Shown here piece by piece: positions 28,361-37,010 of a stretch of DNA of 64,000 nt (positions within the stretch are counted from its first letter, which is position 1; the number at the start of each line of letters is the position of its first letter). The position numbers and the translations under genes were made by a program. This DNA comes from Fervidobacterium sp. (GTDB lineage Bacteria > Thermotogota > Thermotogae > Thermotogales > Fervidobacteriaceae), in assembly GCA_049970055.1 (NCBI GenBank), contig JBMFNR010000001.1, positions 256,001 to 320,000 on the forward strand, in the 5' to 3' direction. Below the pieces are notes generated by a model that saw only the letters and a list, made by a program, of their open reading frames with translations, had not been told where the DNA came from and did no database searches.

Positions 28361-29565
28361 GGATATTAATGGTGTCGGACACTTATCTACCGCAGATAAA
28401 CGGTGTTGCTACATCTGTTTATTTATCGAAGAAGTATCTTGAAATGAGAGGCCATGAAGTTTTTGTAGTTGCGCCAGTTTCGCCTAATGATGATGAAAAA
28501 GTACTCGTGCTTCGTGGTCTCACTTTTCCGCTTGAGAAACAACACAAGATAGTCTTCGCTAACCATATAAGAATATTGGAATTTGTGAAGAAAAACGAAG
28601 TAGAGATTATACATAGCCATGATCCATTTGCTCTTGGTATAAGGGCCTTAAAAATACAGCGTGATATGAAAATTCCGCATGTTCATACTTACCATACCTT
28701 GTTAACTGAGTATCGACATTATTTACCGCCCCCATTTACACCGGATCGAAAGACAGTAGAGGAATTCTCACGATGGTTTTGCGACAGAGTAAACATCGTG
28801 ATCGCACCTACACAGGAGATTAAAGAAGAACTTTTAAGATACAAAATTCAAAGGCCTGTGGAGGTTATACCGACGGGAATAGATACGATAGAATTTTCAA
28901 AGCCCCCGGTAGTTGATATAAGGAAGAAATACAATATACCGAGATATGCGGTAGTTTTGATGTACGCTGGTAGACTTGCTAAAGAAAAGAATCTTGGATT
29001 TCTTTTTAATGTGGTGGCAAAGTACATGAAAGCACATCACGAAGTGTGGTTTTTGGTTGTTGGCGACGGTCCAGAGAGAAAAAGCTTGGAAGGGTTTGTT
29101 CAAGAAAATGGATTAAGTTCAAGAGCGGTATTCACAGGTTACGTACCACATAAAGAGATAAAAGATTACTATAAAGCATCAGATTTATTTGTTTTTGCTT
29201 CACTCACTGAAACACAAGGGCTCGTCGTACTTGAAGCACTTGCCAGTGGAACACCGGTGGTTGCCATTGCATACAAAGGTGTTGCAGACGTACTTGCTAA
29301 CGGTGAGGGAGCTATAACAACCCAAATCGACGAAGAAGAATTTTATAACGCGATTGATAAAGCGATATCTTTGAAAGATGAGCTAAGTTTGAAAGGCGTG
29401 GAGTATGTTGAAAAAAATTGGTCGATGAACACGATGGTTAGAAGGTTGGAAGATGTCTACACAAAAGCTTTAAACGAGGGATACATAGATTTTTACATGC
29501 CCTCAATAATAAACACGTCTATTCAGCTGAAAATAAGTCAACTCTTCCGAAAGATTATCGAATAA
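28357..29565 (+). CDS. GT4 glycosyltransferase (diacylglycerol glucosyltransferase-like)
   Basis: SDTYLPQINGV, HTYHT, GRLAKEKN, VGDGP, ETQGLVVLEALASGTPVV. Confidence 0.9.
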   Translation: MRILMVSDTYLPQINGVATSVYLSKKYLEMRGHEVFVVAPVSPNDDEKVLVLRGLTFPLEKQHKIVFANHIRILEFVKKNEVEIIHSHDPFALGIRALKIQRDMKIPHVHTYHTLLTEYRHYLPPPFTPDRKTVEEFSRWFCDRVNIVIAPTQEIKEELLRYKIQRPVEVIPTGIDTIEFSKPPVVDIRKKYNIPRYAVVLMYAGRLAKEKNLGFLFNVVAKYMKAHHEVWFLVVGDGPERKSLEGFVQENGLSSRAVFTGYVPHKEIKDYYKASDLFVFASLTETQGLVVLEALASGTPVVAIAYKGVADVLANGEGAITTQIDEEEFYNAIDKAISLKDELSLKGVEYVEKNWSMNTMVRRLEDVYTKALNEGYIDFYMPSIINTSIQLKISQLFRKIIE

Positions 29566-29599
29566 AAAAAGATTATCAAAAAAATACAAAAAAGTTTGG

Positions 29600-30496
29600 C
29601 TATTTTCCTTTTATCTTTTCAAATTCTAAGATCTCTTCAAGCAACTTTCGATAACTTTCGTACCGAGAGTATGGAATTTTACCTTTTGACACTTGTTCTT
29701 TTACAAAACAACCCGGCTCATCGACATGAAAACAATCCGGGAAACAACAGCGGTCATTTTCGAACTCTAAGAATAGTTCTCTTAGCTTGAGCGCAGGGAT
29801 GTGATCAATCTCCAAACTTGCGAATCCGGGGGTGTCAACGACCCAACCTCCAAGAGACAATTTTAATAACTCAGCTGCTGTTGTCGTATGTTTTCCACGA
29901 CCAAGCTTTTCGGAAACACCATCGGTTCTTAGTTCCAAATTACTTTCGATGGAATTAAGCAAACTACTCTTCCCAACCCCCGACATGCCTGCAAAGACTG
30001 ATACTTTTCCGTAAAGTTGCATTTTCAAATCTTCAATACCGTATCCTTTTAGTGCACTTGTCTTAACTATAGGATACAATTTTCCGTAGATGTGTTCAAA
30101 TTCTTCTATTTTGACTCTGTCAATCAAATCGACTTTGTTGAGAACAAGCACTATCGGAAGATTCTCATATTCTACAAGAACAATAAATCTATCAAGAATA
30201 TCGAAAGGTACTTGAGGTCTTTCCAGAGTCGTTACTATAACAACCTGATCTATGTTAGCAACGCTCGGCTTTTTCAACTCCGATTTTCTATTTAGGATAT
30301 TTTCGACGACACCCTCGTTACCTATAACTTTTGTGTACTCAACGATATCGCCCGTTATAGGTCTTATTTTTTGTTTCTTAAACTTGCCACGGAGTCTGCA
30401 CAAAAATCGCTCGCCACTAGCCACATCTTCTACCACAAGTAGATTCGAATAAAATTTAACAACGAGTCCTTGTCTTCTTGTGCCTTGACTACTCAC
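29600..30496 (-). CDS. rsgA: Ribosome small subunit-dependent GTPase A
   Basis: OB fold, NKVD, GMSGVGKSS, GKHTTT, DTPG and C-x4-C-x-H-x5-C zinc motif. Confidence 0.96.
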   Translation of the reverse strand: MSSQGTRRQGLVVKFYSNLLVVEDVASGERFLCRLRGKFKKQKIRPITGDIVEYTKVIGNEGVVENILNRKSELKKPSVANIDQVVIVTTLERPQVPFDILDRFIVLVEYENLPIVLVLNKVDLIDRVKIEEFEHIYGKLYPIVKTSALKGYGIEDLKMQLYGKVSVFAGMSGVGKSSLLNSIESNLELRTDGVSEKLGRGKHTTTAAELLKLSLGGWVVDTPGFASLEIDHIPALKLRELFLEFENDRCCFPDCFHVDEPGCFVKEQVSKGKIPYSRYESYRKLLEEILEFEKIKGK

Positions 30497-31284
30497 TAAA
30501 ATTGCCCTCCCTCAACTGCTGTACTGTTTTGAGTTTCAGGTGTGCTAGTTGAATTTTCAATTTGTGTATTACTACCGCCTGTTGGTTCATTTTGTAATTG
30601 TTTGCTTTGAAGATCGACACTTGGCGGTACAATTTCGATGGGTCCTGATGGTTCAGTTACTGATGATGGTTGGGTTTGTAAAGTCCCTGATTCCGGTAAG
30701 GTATCTGATGAAATATTTGAATTTCCAGAAGCATTTCCAGAACTGATAAATAATGTTACATTATCCCAACTTCTAACAACACTCTTTGAAGTTGGCGCGG
30801 TTGATATCACTGTACCTGGAAATTCGGAAGCTGAAACGGTTTTAATTGTTGTACTCACATTGATTTCTTGTAGGATCTTCTGAACACTTTTGTACCAAGA
30901 GTACTTAAAGTCAGGAAGTATAATGCTAATGTTTTTAACGTTTTCTGTGAACAACTTAACTTCTCTTCCAAGTTTAACCCTTGTATTTGGTTCGGGATCC
31001 ATTTTTATAACACGGCCTTTATCACCGATTATTGTTACATGAAATCCCTTAGCCTTCAATTGCTCGGCAGCTACGTCAACATCCTGGTTTATATAACTTT
31101 CCAAAATTACAGTACCACGTTTTGCTTCAACGTACATAGAAAGGTAGAAAGTGAGCAAGCCCACTATTACTCCGACAAATAATCCAATTATTGTTAAAGT
31201 AACACTTATAGTCATGCGTGATAGAACACCTAGAATGTTTTTACTTTTGTGCATATTTTTTCTATTTCCTCTTTTATCTATCAA
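30496..31284 (-). CDS. Membrane-anchored PASTA-domain protein without kinase domain
   Basis: Single TM, two PASTA-like repeats (..VIKMDPEPNTRVK.., LPDF...GTVISTAP), S/T/P/E-rich tail. Confidence 0.75.
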   Translation of the reverse strand: MIDKRGNRKNMHKSKNILGVLSRMTISVTLTIIGLFVGVIVGLLTFYLSMYVEAKRGTVILESYINQDVDVAAEQLKAKGFHVTIIGDKGRVIKMDPEPNTRVKLGREVKLFTENVKNISIILPDFKYSWYKSVQKILQEINVSTTIKTVSASEFPGTVISTAPTSKSVVRSWDNVTLFISSGNASGNSNISSDTLPESGTLQTQPSSVTEPSGPIEIVPPSVDLQSKQLQNEPTGGSNTQIENSTSTPETQNSTAVEGGQF

Positions 31285-31308
31285 GACCTTCCCTCCTTTT
31301 GAATTACA

Positions 31309-32352
31309 TTAGTTCTTTTTTATGTATCTTCTTCTGAGCTGACCACATGCAGCGTCGATGTCTGTACCTTTTTCACGTCTAATTTCATTCTCAATATTGT
31401 GTTTATCTAATACTTCCTTAAACCGTTCGATAGCCCAGTGATGTGGCCTTTCAAATGTTAATCCGTTTGATGGGGGAACCGGGTTTACAGGTATCAGATT
31501 TACATAGGCACTCATGCCTTTCAGCAATTCAGCCAATTTTTCGGCATCATCAACAAAATCGTTGAATTCCCGGATGAGTATGTATTCAAACGTGACCCTG
31601 TTTTTTGTCAACTTTTGATATTCTTTAGCGGCATGAATTATCTCTTCGACGGAGTATTTTTTATTCATTGGTACGATTATATCCCTCTTATAATTACTTG
31701 GTGCGTGCAGTGATATCGCAAGTTTCACTTCTGGTAAATCGTGCCCAAGCTGGACGATCTTCTCCACAATACCAACGGTAGATATTGAGATCCTCCTCAT
31801 ACTTATGTTTTTACCCTTCTTATGATTTAATATCTTTACACTCTTCACTACTTCACTGTAATTGAGCAAAGGTTCGCCCATGCCCATGTAGACAATGTTA
31901 CCTATATTTACTTTCCTATGCTTTTCCATAGCGATTATCTGCGAAACAATTTCACCGGCTGTTAGGTTTCTCACAAATCCACTCTGACCAGTTGCACAAA
32001 ATGCACATTTTGCAGGACATCCTACTTGCGTTGAAATGCATGCAGTTACCCTATCTGGGTGGAACAAAAGGACAGATTCGATCGTGTTATTGTCTTCAAG
32101 TTTCCAAAGGAATTTTGTTGTTTTATCGATCTGTGAAACTTGCACATCTATTAATTCTGGGATGTATATGTAAAACTTTTCAGATAGTGTTTTTCTCTGC
32201 TCTTTGGAGAGATTTGTCATCTGTTCAAAATCAAAGATTCTCTTTTTGTAAATCCAATCCCAAACTTGATCAACTCTGAATTTTTCTAAACCGATTTCCG
32301 AAAATACTTCCACTAGTTCTTCGTAACTGAAATCAAGTAAATTTCTGCGCAC
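31309..32352 (-). CDS. rlmN: 23S rRNA/tRNA C2-methyltransferase
   Basis: CISTQVGCPAKCAFC, MGMGEP, ISLHA, DIDAACGQL. Confidence 0.97.
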   Translation of the reverse strand: MRRNLLDFSYEELVEVFSEIGLEKFRVDQVWDWIYKKRIFDFEQMTNLSKEQRKTLSEKFYIYIPELIDVQVSQIDKTTKFLWKLEDNNTIESVLLFHPDRVTACISTQVGCPAKCAFCATGQSGFVRNLTAGEIVSQIIAMEKHRKVNIGNIVYMGMGEPLLNYSEVVKSVKILNHKKGKNISMRRISISTVGIVEKIVQLGHDLPEVKLAISLHAPSNYKRDIIVPMNKKYSVEEIIHAAKEYQKLTKNRVTFEYILIREFNDFVDDAEKLAELLKGMSAYVNLIPVNPVPPSNGLTFERPHHWAIERFKEVLDKHNIENEIRREKGTDIDAACGQLRRRYIKKN

Positions 32353-32379
32353 AACTTGCACCTCCAATGATTTATCAAG

Positions 32380-33144
32380 TCACATGTGAAACGCACAACA
32401 TCCGGAAAGAACGTAATTCTTATTCACAGGTTTAACGATAAAATTAGCGTAGTTTGCTACAATTTCTTGCAATTTCTGTCTGTATTCACCTTTTGGTTGC
32501 ATACACCCTAATGTTACACTTTCGAAACTTTTCGAAGCCAATTCAAATACCAGTTCCACGTCACCGATATCTGGTGGATTACAATTTTCGTATTTCGTAT
32601 TTTTAGTAGGGACAAAGACGTTCAAAACGATTGAATCAAAATGTTCTGACAACATTTCAATTGCCTTTGGCTCATGAGTAATTTTACCGCAAATCACACC
32701 GATAGTTACATGTGGTACTTTCTTAACCTTTAGAGGGCAAACAGAATTCAAAATCTGCTCCGCGGTTCTCTCTATTCCGTAAAGCTCTCTAAGCACCTGT
32801 CTATCTGCGAAAAAGTCAAAACTGATAACATCTGCAACATTTTCAAGTTCTAATGGTGGATTGATCGGGAAACCAATGTGAAAATTATACTTTAGCTCAT
32901 ACTTTTCTTTTAGATCTCTGAGCTTTCCAAGGTAGGGTTTGAATGGTATCTCTCCATTGGGAAACATACCACCACTGATTAGGAAAGATTTGTACTTATC
33001 CACGTACTTTTCAATATCATCAACATGAATCATGTGAGTAATGTAATGACCACCGCAGTGACTACAGTTCATCGAGCACGATTTTGTGACAGAGATCGGT
33101 AATGTACCTGAGGGATCTATGCCTACTATCTTACCACTTATCAC
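32380..33144 (-). CDS. Radical SAM protein, LipS1-like (biotin-synthase-related archaeal lipoyl synthase subunit family)
   Basis: CSMNCSHC, LISGG, NFHIG, PHVTIG, LGCMQP and C-terminal CC motif. Confidence 0.7.
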   Translation of the reverse strand: MISGKIVGIDPSGTLPISVTKSCSMNCSHCGGHYITHMIHVDDIEKYVDKYKSFLISGGMFPNGEIPFKPYLGKLRDLKEKYELKYNFHIGFPINPPLELENVADVISFDFFADRQVLRELYGIERTAEQILNSVCPLKVKKVPHVTIGVICGKITHEPKAIEMLSEHFDSIVLNVFVPTKNTKYENCNPPDIGDVELVFELASKSFESVTLGCMQPKGEYRQKLQEIVANYANFIVKPVNKNYVLSGCCAFHM

Positions 33145-34025
33145 TTTTTACATCTCCAATCCAACGGGAATGTTGTAACTCTTTCTTTTTCATCAAGTTG
33201 CATCCAGCCGTCCAAGCCAAGAGCAATTAATTTTTCTAGGGCATTTTCGTACTCTTCTTTACTGATTTTTCTACCGATCAGTGGATCACCTTTTGCTCCA
33301 AAGTGCGGTATGTATTGAGACATCAGAGCAATAGGGATGTTTTTATCAAGGTTTGCGATAAATTCGAGTGCTTTATTGTGTCCACTTACATTGTTAGGTA
33401 AAACTAATATCCTGACGATCAATCCTCTCATCGTGTCTTCATTAAAAGGGCCTACTTGTTTGTACATCTCGACTATTGCATCTTGAGCAATGTTCCAGTA
33501 ATCTGGTACCTTTGAATACCTCTGACCATATTCATTTTCTGTGTAACGTATGTCGGCCAAATATATATCAACGTATCCTTCAAGTTCTTTTAGCACTTCC
33601 ACTCTTTCATAACTTGAAGTATTGTAAACTACTGGTAAATTGAAGCCATTTTTCTTTGCAATATCCAACGCTTTCACAATCCAAGGTACGTGTGGTGTTG
33701 GCGTTACTAAATCGAGTGTTTTTGCATCATTTTCTTTGACCTTCAGAAACGCACACGCAAGTTCTTCAACGTCGATTTCAAATCCAACACCTTTTTGGGA
33801 AAATCCCATGTTTTGACAATAGATACACTTCATAGGGCATCCTGAGAAAAAGACAGCACCCGCGCCTTTATCACCGGAGAGGGGGGGCTCTTCACCTTTG
33901 TGAAGAACGATATTAGATATCTTTGGAAGATAGCCTACACCACATACACCTATATGCCTTCTTCTATCTATTTTACACATCCTTGGACATAGCGTACACT
34001 CGTCTAACATCTCTATGGTAATCAC
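33141..34025 (-). CDS. Radical SAM protein, PflX-like
   Basis: N-terminal CTLCPRMC..R...GVC, HKGEEPP, FSGCPMKCIYCQN, LVTPT, VYNTSSY, RILVLP, MSQY.P. Confidence 0.85.
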   Translation of the reverse strand: MITIEMLDECTLCPRMCKIDRRRHIGVCGVGYLPKISNIVLHKGEEPPLSGDKGAGAVFFSGCPMKCIYCQNMGFSQKGVGFEIDVEELACAFLKVKENDAKTLDLVTPTPHVPWIVKALDIAKKNGFNLPVVYNTSSYERVEVLKELEGYVDIYLADIRYTENEYGQRYSKVPDYWNIAQDAIVEMYKQVGPFNEDTMRGLIVRILVLPNNVSGHNKALEFIANLDKNIPIALMSQYIPHFGAKGDPLIGRKISKEEYENALEKLIALGLDGWMQLDEKERVTTFPLDWRCKK

Positions 34026-34204
34026 AAAAATTCCCCCGATCACTTAGTTTATCGATTTTATTATACCATTTTCTGGAAATTTGTGGTTTAACCTATGTAT
34101 ACATTAGATTGCAGCTGGAGAAACTTTTTTATATTTGTTGTTTGCGCTGCAAAGTGTGATATAATTACAATTAGCTAGAAAAAACGAATGGAGGTGCTTT
34201 GGAA

Positions 34205-35230
34205 ATGGCAAAGTCTGGAAATTTAACAGATCTAGTAAAGAGACTTACAATGGCGAGAAGCCCAAGTGGAAGAGAATCTGAAATCACAGGTGTTATCCTC
34301 GAGGAATTGGAAGGATACGTCGATGGCTACAAGATAGACAAGGTTGGAAATTTAATCGTGTGGAAGAGTGGCAAGACAGACAAAAAGATACTACTCGATG
34401 CGCACATGGACGAGATAGGTGTTGTGGTAACAAACATTGATGACAATGGTTTTTTAAAGATAGACAGAGTTGGTGGTGTCTCGCCATACACGATTTATCA
34501 AAATCGTATCAAGTTCGGTGATGTCATCGGTATAGTCGGAATCGAAGGTGAAACAGCAGATGAACTCCAAAACAATATTCAGAAAATGTCTTTTGAGAAG
34601 TTATTCGTTGATATCGGTGCAAAGTCGAGGCAAGAAGCGGAAAAAATGTGTCCAATTGGTACATTCGGTACATTTGACAGCTATTTTTACGAGCAAGGGG
34701 ATTACATGGTAAGTAAATCAATGGATGATAGGATAGGCTGCGCTGTTATTATAGAAGTATTCAGAAGGCTTTCTTCACCCAGTAACACAATCTACGGTGT
34801 TTTCGCAGTACAAGAAGAAGTAGGTTTAATAGGTGCGCATGTTGCTGGATACGATATCAATCCTGATGTTGCTATAGCAATAGATGTGACAGCCGTAGGA
34901 GATACTCCGAAAGGCATGAAGAGAATACCGATGGAACTCGGCAAAGGTGCATGTATAAAAGTCAAGGATATGGCATCTATTAGCAATAGACACATAGTGG
35001 ATGAACTAAAAGAAGTAGCACAAAGACATAATATACCGCATCAGATGGAAGTACTCATATTTGGTGGTACAGATGCAGCAGGTTACCAAGCAACGAAATC
35101 TGGCATCCCAAGTGCTACAATCTCGATTCCAACAAGGTACATCCACACACCAAGTGAAATGGTCTACCAACCCGATGTGGAAGCAGCAATACAGCTAACG
35201 ATAAGATACTGCGAAGAGGGGCTTGAGTAA
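34205..35230 (+). CDS. M42 family (TET/Frv) aminopeptidase
   Basis: PSGRE, AHMDEIG, DDRIG, QEEVG, AIDVT, GGTDA, RYIHTPSE. Confidence 0.93.
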   Translation: MAKSGNLTDLVKRLTMARSPSGRESEITGVILEELEGYVDGYKIDKVGNLIVWKSGKTDKKILLDAHMDEIGVVVTNIDDNGFLKIDRVGGVSPYTIYQNRIKFGDVIGIVGIEGETADELQNNIQKMSFEKLFVDIGAKSRQEAEKMCPIGTFGTFDSYFYEQGDYMVSKSMDDRIGCAVIIEVFRRLSSPSNTIYGVFAVQEEVGLIGAHVAGYDINPDVAIAIDVTAVGDTPKGMKRIPMELGKGACIKVKDMASISNRHIVDELKEVAQRHNIPHQMEVLIFGGTDAAGYQATKSGIPSATISIPTRYIHTPSEMVYQPDVEAAIQLTIRYCEEGLE

Positions 35231-35232
35231 AT

Positions 35233-36216
35233 GTGAAGAGGCGTACACCAATTAGTTCAAGGAAATGGCGTGAAATCACAGACTTTGACTTGAAAGTTCT
35301 CTCGATCGTCATAATTGCTCTTAGTTTATCCACCATAACGCTTGCTTTGTATACGTTTTATCTCAAACTCCAAAAATCACAGGTGGATGTTGTTGTGCGT
35401 GAAATAACACCTCAAGAAAGTAAGGCAGTGGAAAAAATTACTAAGACTGCTACTCAAACGACAATAATTTTGGAAAGCACTCCGGAAACGCTTACTATGC
35501 TAAATTCAACGAATACGTTAAATACGTCAAGCGAAAGGGCCTTAGCTGTGGATGAAAATGGGCTTAAAACTGATCAAAAAAGCATAAACAACGAAACACA
35601 AATAAGAATTCTTTCACAATCTGACAAAAACCAGGCTGGCCAAGAGCAGGAAACAACATCAACAAGAGTATCTGTACAAGTAACGCAGCAAGCTACGCAA
35701 AACGCATCTATTACATCTACTATATCCACTACACAAAGTGAAAATAAATATCTAAAAGATTTAACAAAGTTTGATTACAATATATTGGTTTCTCGTATGG
35801 CTGAAAACCTACCGGCGCGTGCTTTAAACGAGGTATATGTATACGTAGTAGACAGTGAAAATGCGCTAAGGTTAGCAAAATCTACACAAAATTACGTTAT
35901 AGATCAAGCAGGCAGCGGGAAGTACCTTGTATTAACAATTGATAACATATTGCCAGATTTAAAACCAGTCAATAGAGTATACACAGTAATTACGGAACCT
36001 ACGAGAGATTCAAAAGAAGCATTCAAGTCCGTTGTGAATTTCCGTACATTTGGAATTAGTGCTTTCACCATAAGCACAAGTAATGGATATGTTGTCTGTA
36101 TGGGACTTTTCACTTCTGAGAGTGTAGCTAAGAACTTTTATTATTCCCAGGACTGGATGGAACTTTCAAAATACGGCTATGTGAAAGGTGCAAAAGTTAC
36201 AAAGATTGGAGGATAA
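35233..36216 (+). CDS. Bitopic membrane protein with T/S/Q-rich linker and possible C-terminal SPOR-like domain
   Basis: Single TM, low-complexity linker, C-terminal YVVCMGLFTSESVAK resembling SPOR. Confidence 0.55.
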   Translation: MKRRTPISSRKWREITDFDLKVLSIVIIALSLSTITLALYTFYLKLQKSQVDVVVREITPQESKAVEKITKTATQTTIILESTPETLTMLNSTNTLNTSSERALAVDENGLKTDQKSINNETQIRILSQSDKNQAGQEQETTSTRVSVQVTQQATQNASITSTISTTQSENKYLKDLTKFDYNILVSRMAENLPARALNEVYVYVVDSENALRLAKSTQNYVIDQAGSGKYLVLTIDNILPDLKPVNRVYTVITEPTRDSKEAFKSVVNFRTFGISAFTISTSNGYVVCMGLFTSESVAKNFYYSQDWMELSKYGYVKGAKVTKIGG

Positions 36217-36267
36217 TTGATCTGATTGGTGTAACTAGTTTATTTGCAATGTATTTGGGGGGATAGG

Positions 36268-36954
36268 GTGGGCTTTCTTAGAAAAATATTTGAGAAAGTC
36301 AAAGAGGAGAAATATTTTTTCTTGCTTTTTGCTTTATTGGTGGTACTTACGAGTGCTTTGTATAGACCGTTGCAGTATGTCCAAAATTTTTCTCAAGTAA
36401 GTCAAAGCAGTAATCAAGGTGAAAAGTCGAGCCAAAAAAGAAATTACGAATCACCGATTGTTGATATAAACACGGCAAGTATAGAAACACTCCAAACACT
36501 TCCCGGTATAGGGCCTTCTAAAGCGAAGGCGATAATCGATAGCAGAAGCAAAAAACCTTTCACAAAGCCTGAAGATTTGAAGAATGTGCCTGGCATAGGT
36601 GACAAAACTTACGAGAAACTGAAAGATAGAATCAAAGTAACCGTGAACTTAGTGAATGCGGCACAAAACACTGATGGTAAGCAAATACAACAAATGCAAT
36701 GCAACACAACTATTGATGCAGATCGAGGCCAACTAGCCGAAGAACAAAAAATCGAAAAGATTAACATTAATACAGCAAACGAGGAGGAACTTCAAACACT
36801 TCCAGGAATTGGTCCCGCGAAAGCTCAGGCAATCATTGATTATCGAAAAAATTCAGGCGGATTCAAATCAATCGAAGAGTTAAAAAACGTCAAAGGTATC
36901 GGTGAAAAAACTTATGAAAAATTGAAAAACTTAATTACAATCAACGGTAATTAA
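36268..36954 (+). CDS. comEA: ComEA-type DNA receptor with two helix-hairpin-helix domains
   Basis: TM plus two INTA..E.LQTLPGIGP.KA.AII...NV.GIG.KTYEKLK units. Confidence 0.9.
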   Translation: MGFLRKIFEKVKEEKYFFLLFALLVVLTSALYRPLQYVQNFSQVSQSSNQGEKSSQKRNYESPIVDINTASIETLQTLPGIGPSKAKAIIDSRSKKPFTKPEDLKNVPGIGDKTYEKLKDRIKVTVNLVNAAQNTDGKQIQQMQCNTTIDADRGQLAEEQKIEKININTANEEELQTLPGIGPAKAQAIIDYRKNSGGFKSIEELKNVKGIGEKTYEKLKNLITINGN

Positions 36955-37010
36955 ACTGGCTAAGCCGACTAATTCAACTAATTAACTGATCTAGCTGTTG
37001 TAGATGAGAT

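Noticed and set aside
33141..34025. Radical SAM gene as the AmrS partner of the AMMECR1 gene
   Set aside because: Motifs (HKGEEPP, LVTPT, MSQY.P) fit the PflX family, and the gene is 11 kb away on the other strand.
36460..36930. DNA-level direct repeat inside comEA
   Set aside because: Explained by the duplicated HhH protein domain; not a mobile or CRISPR repeat.
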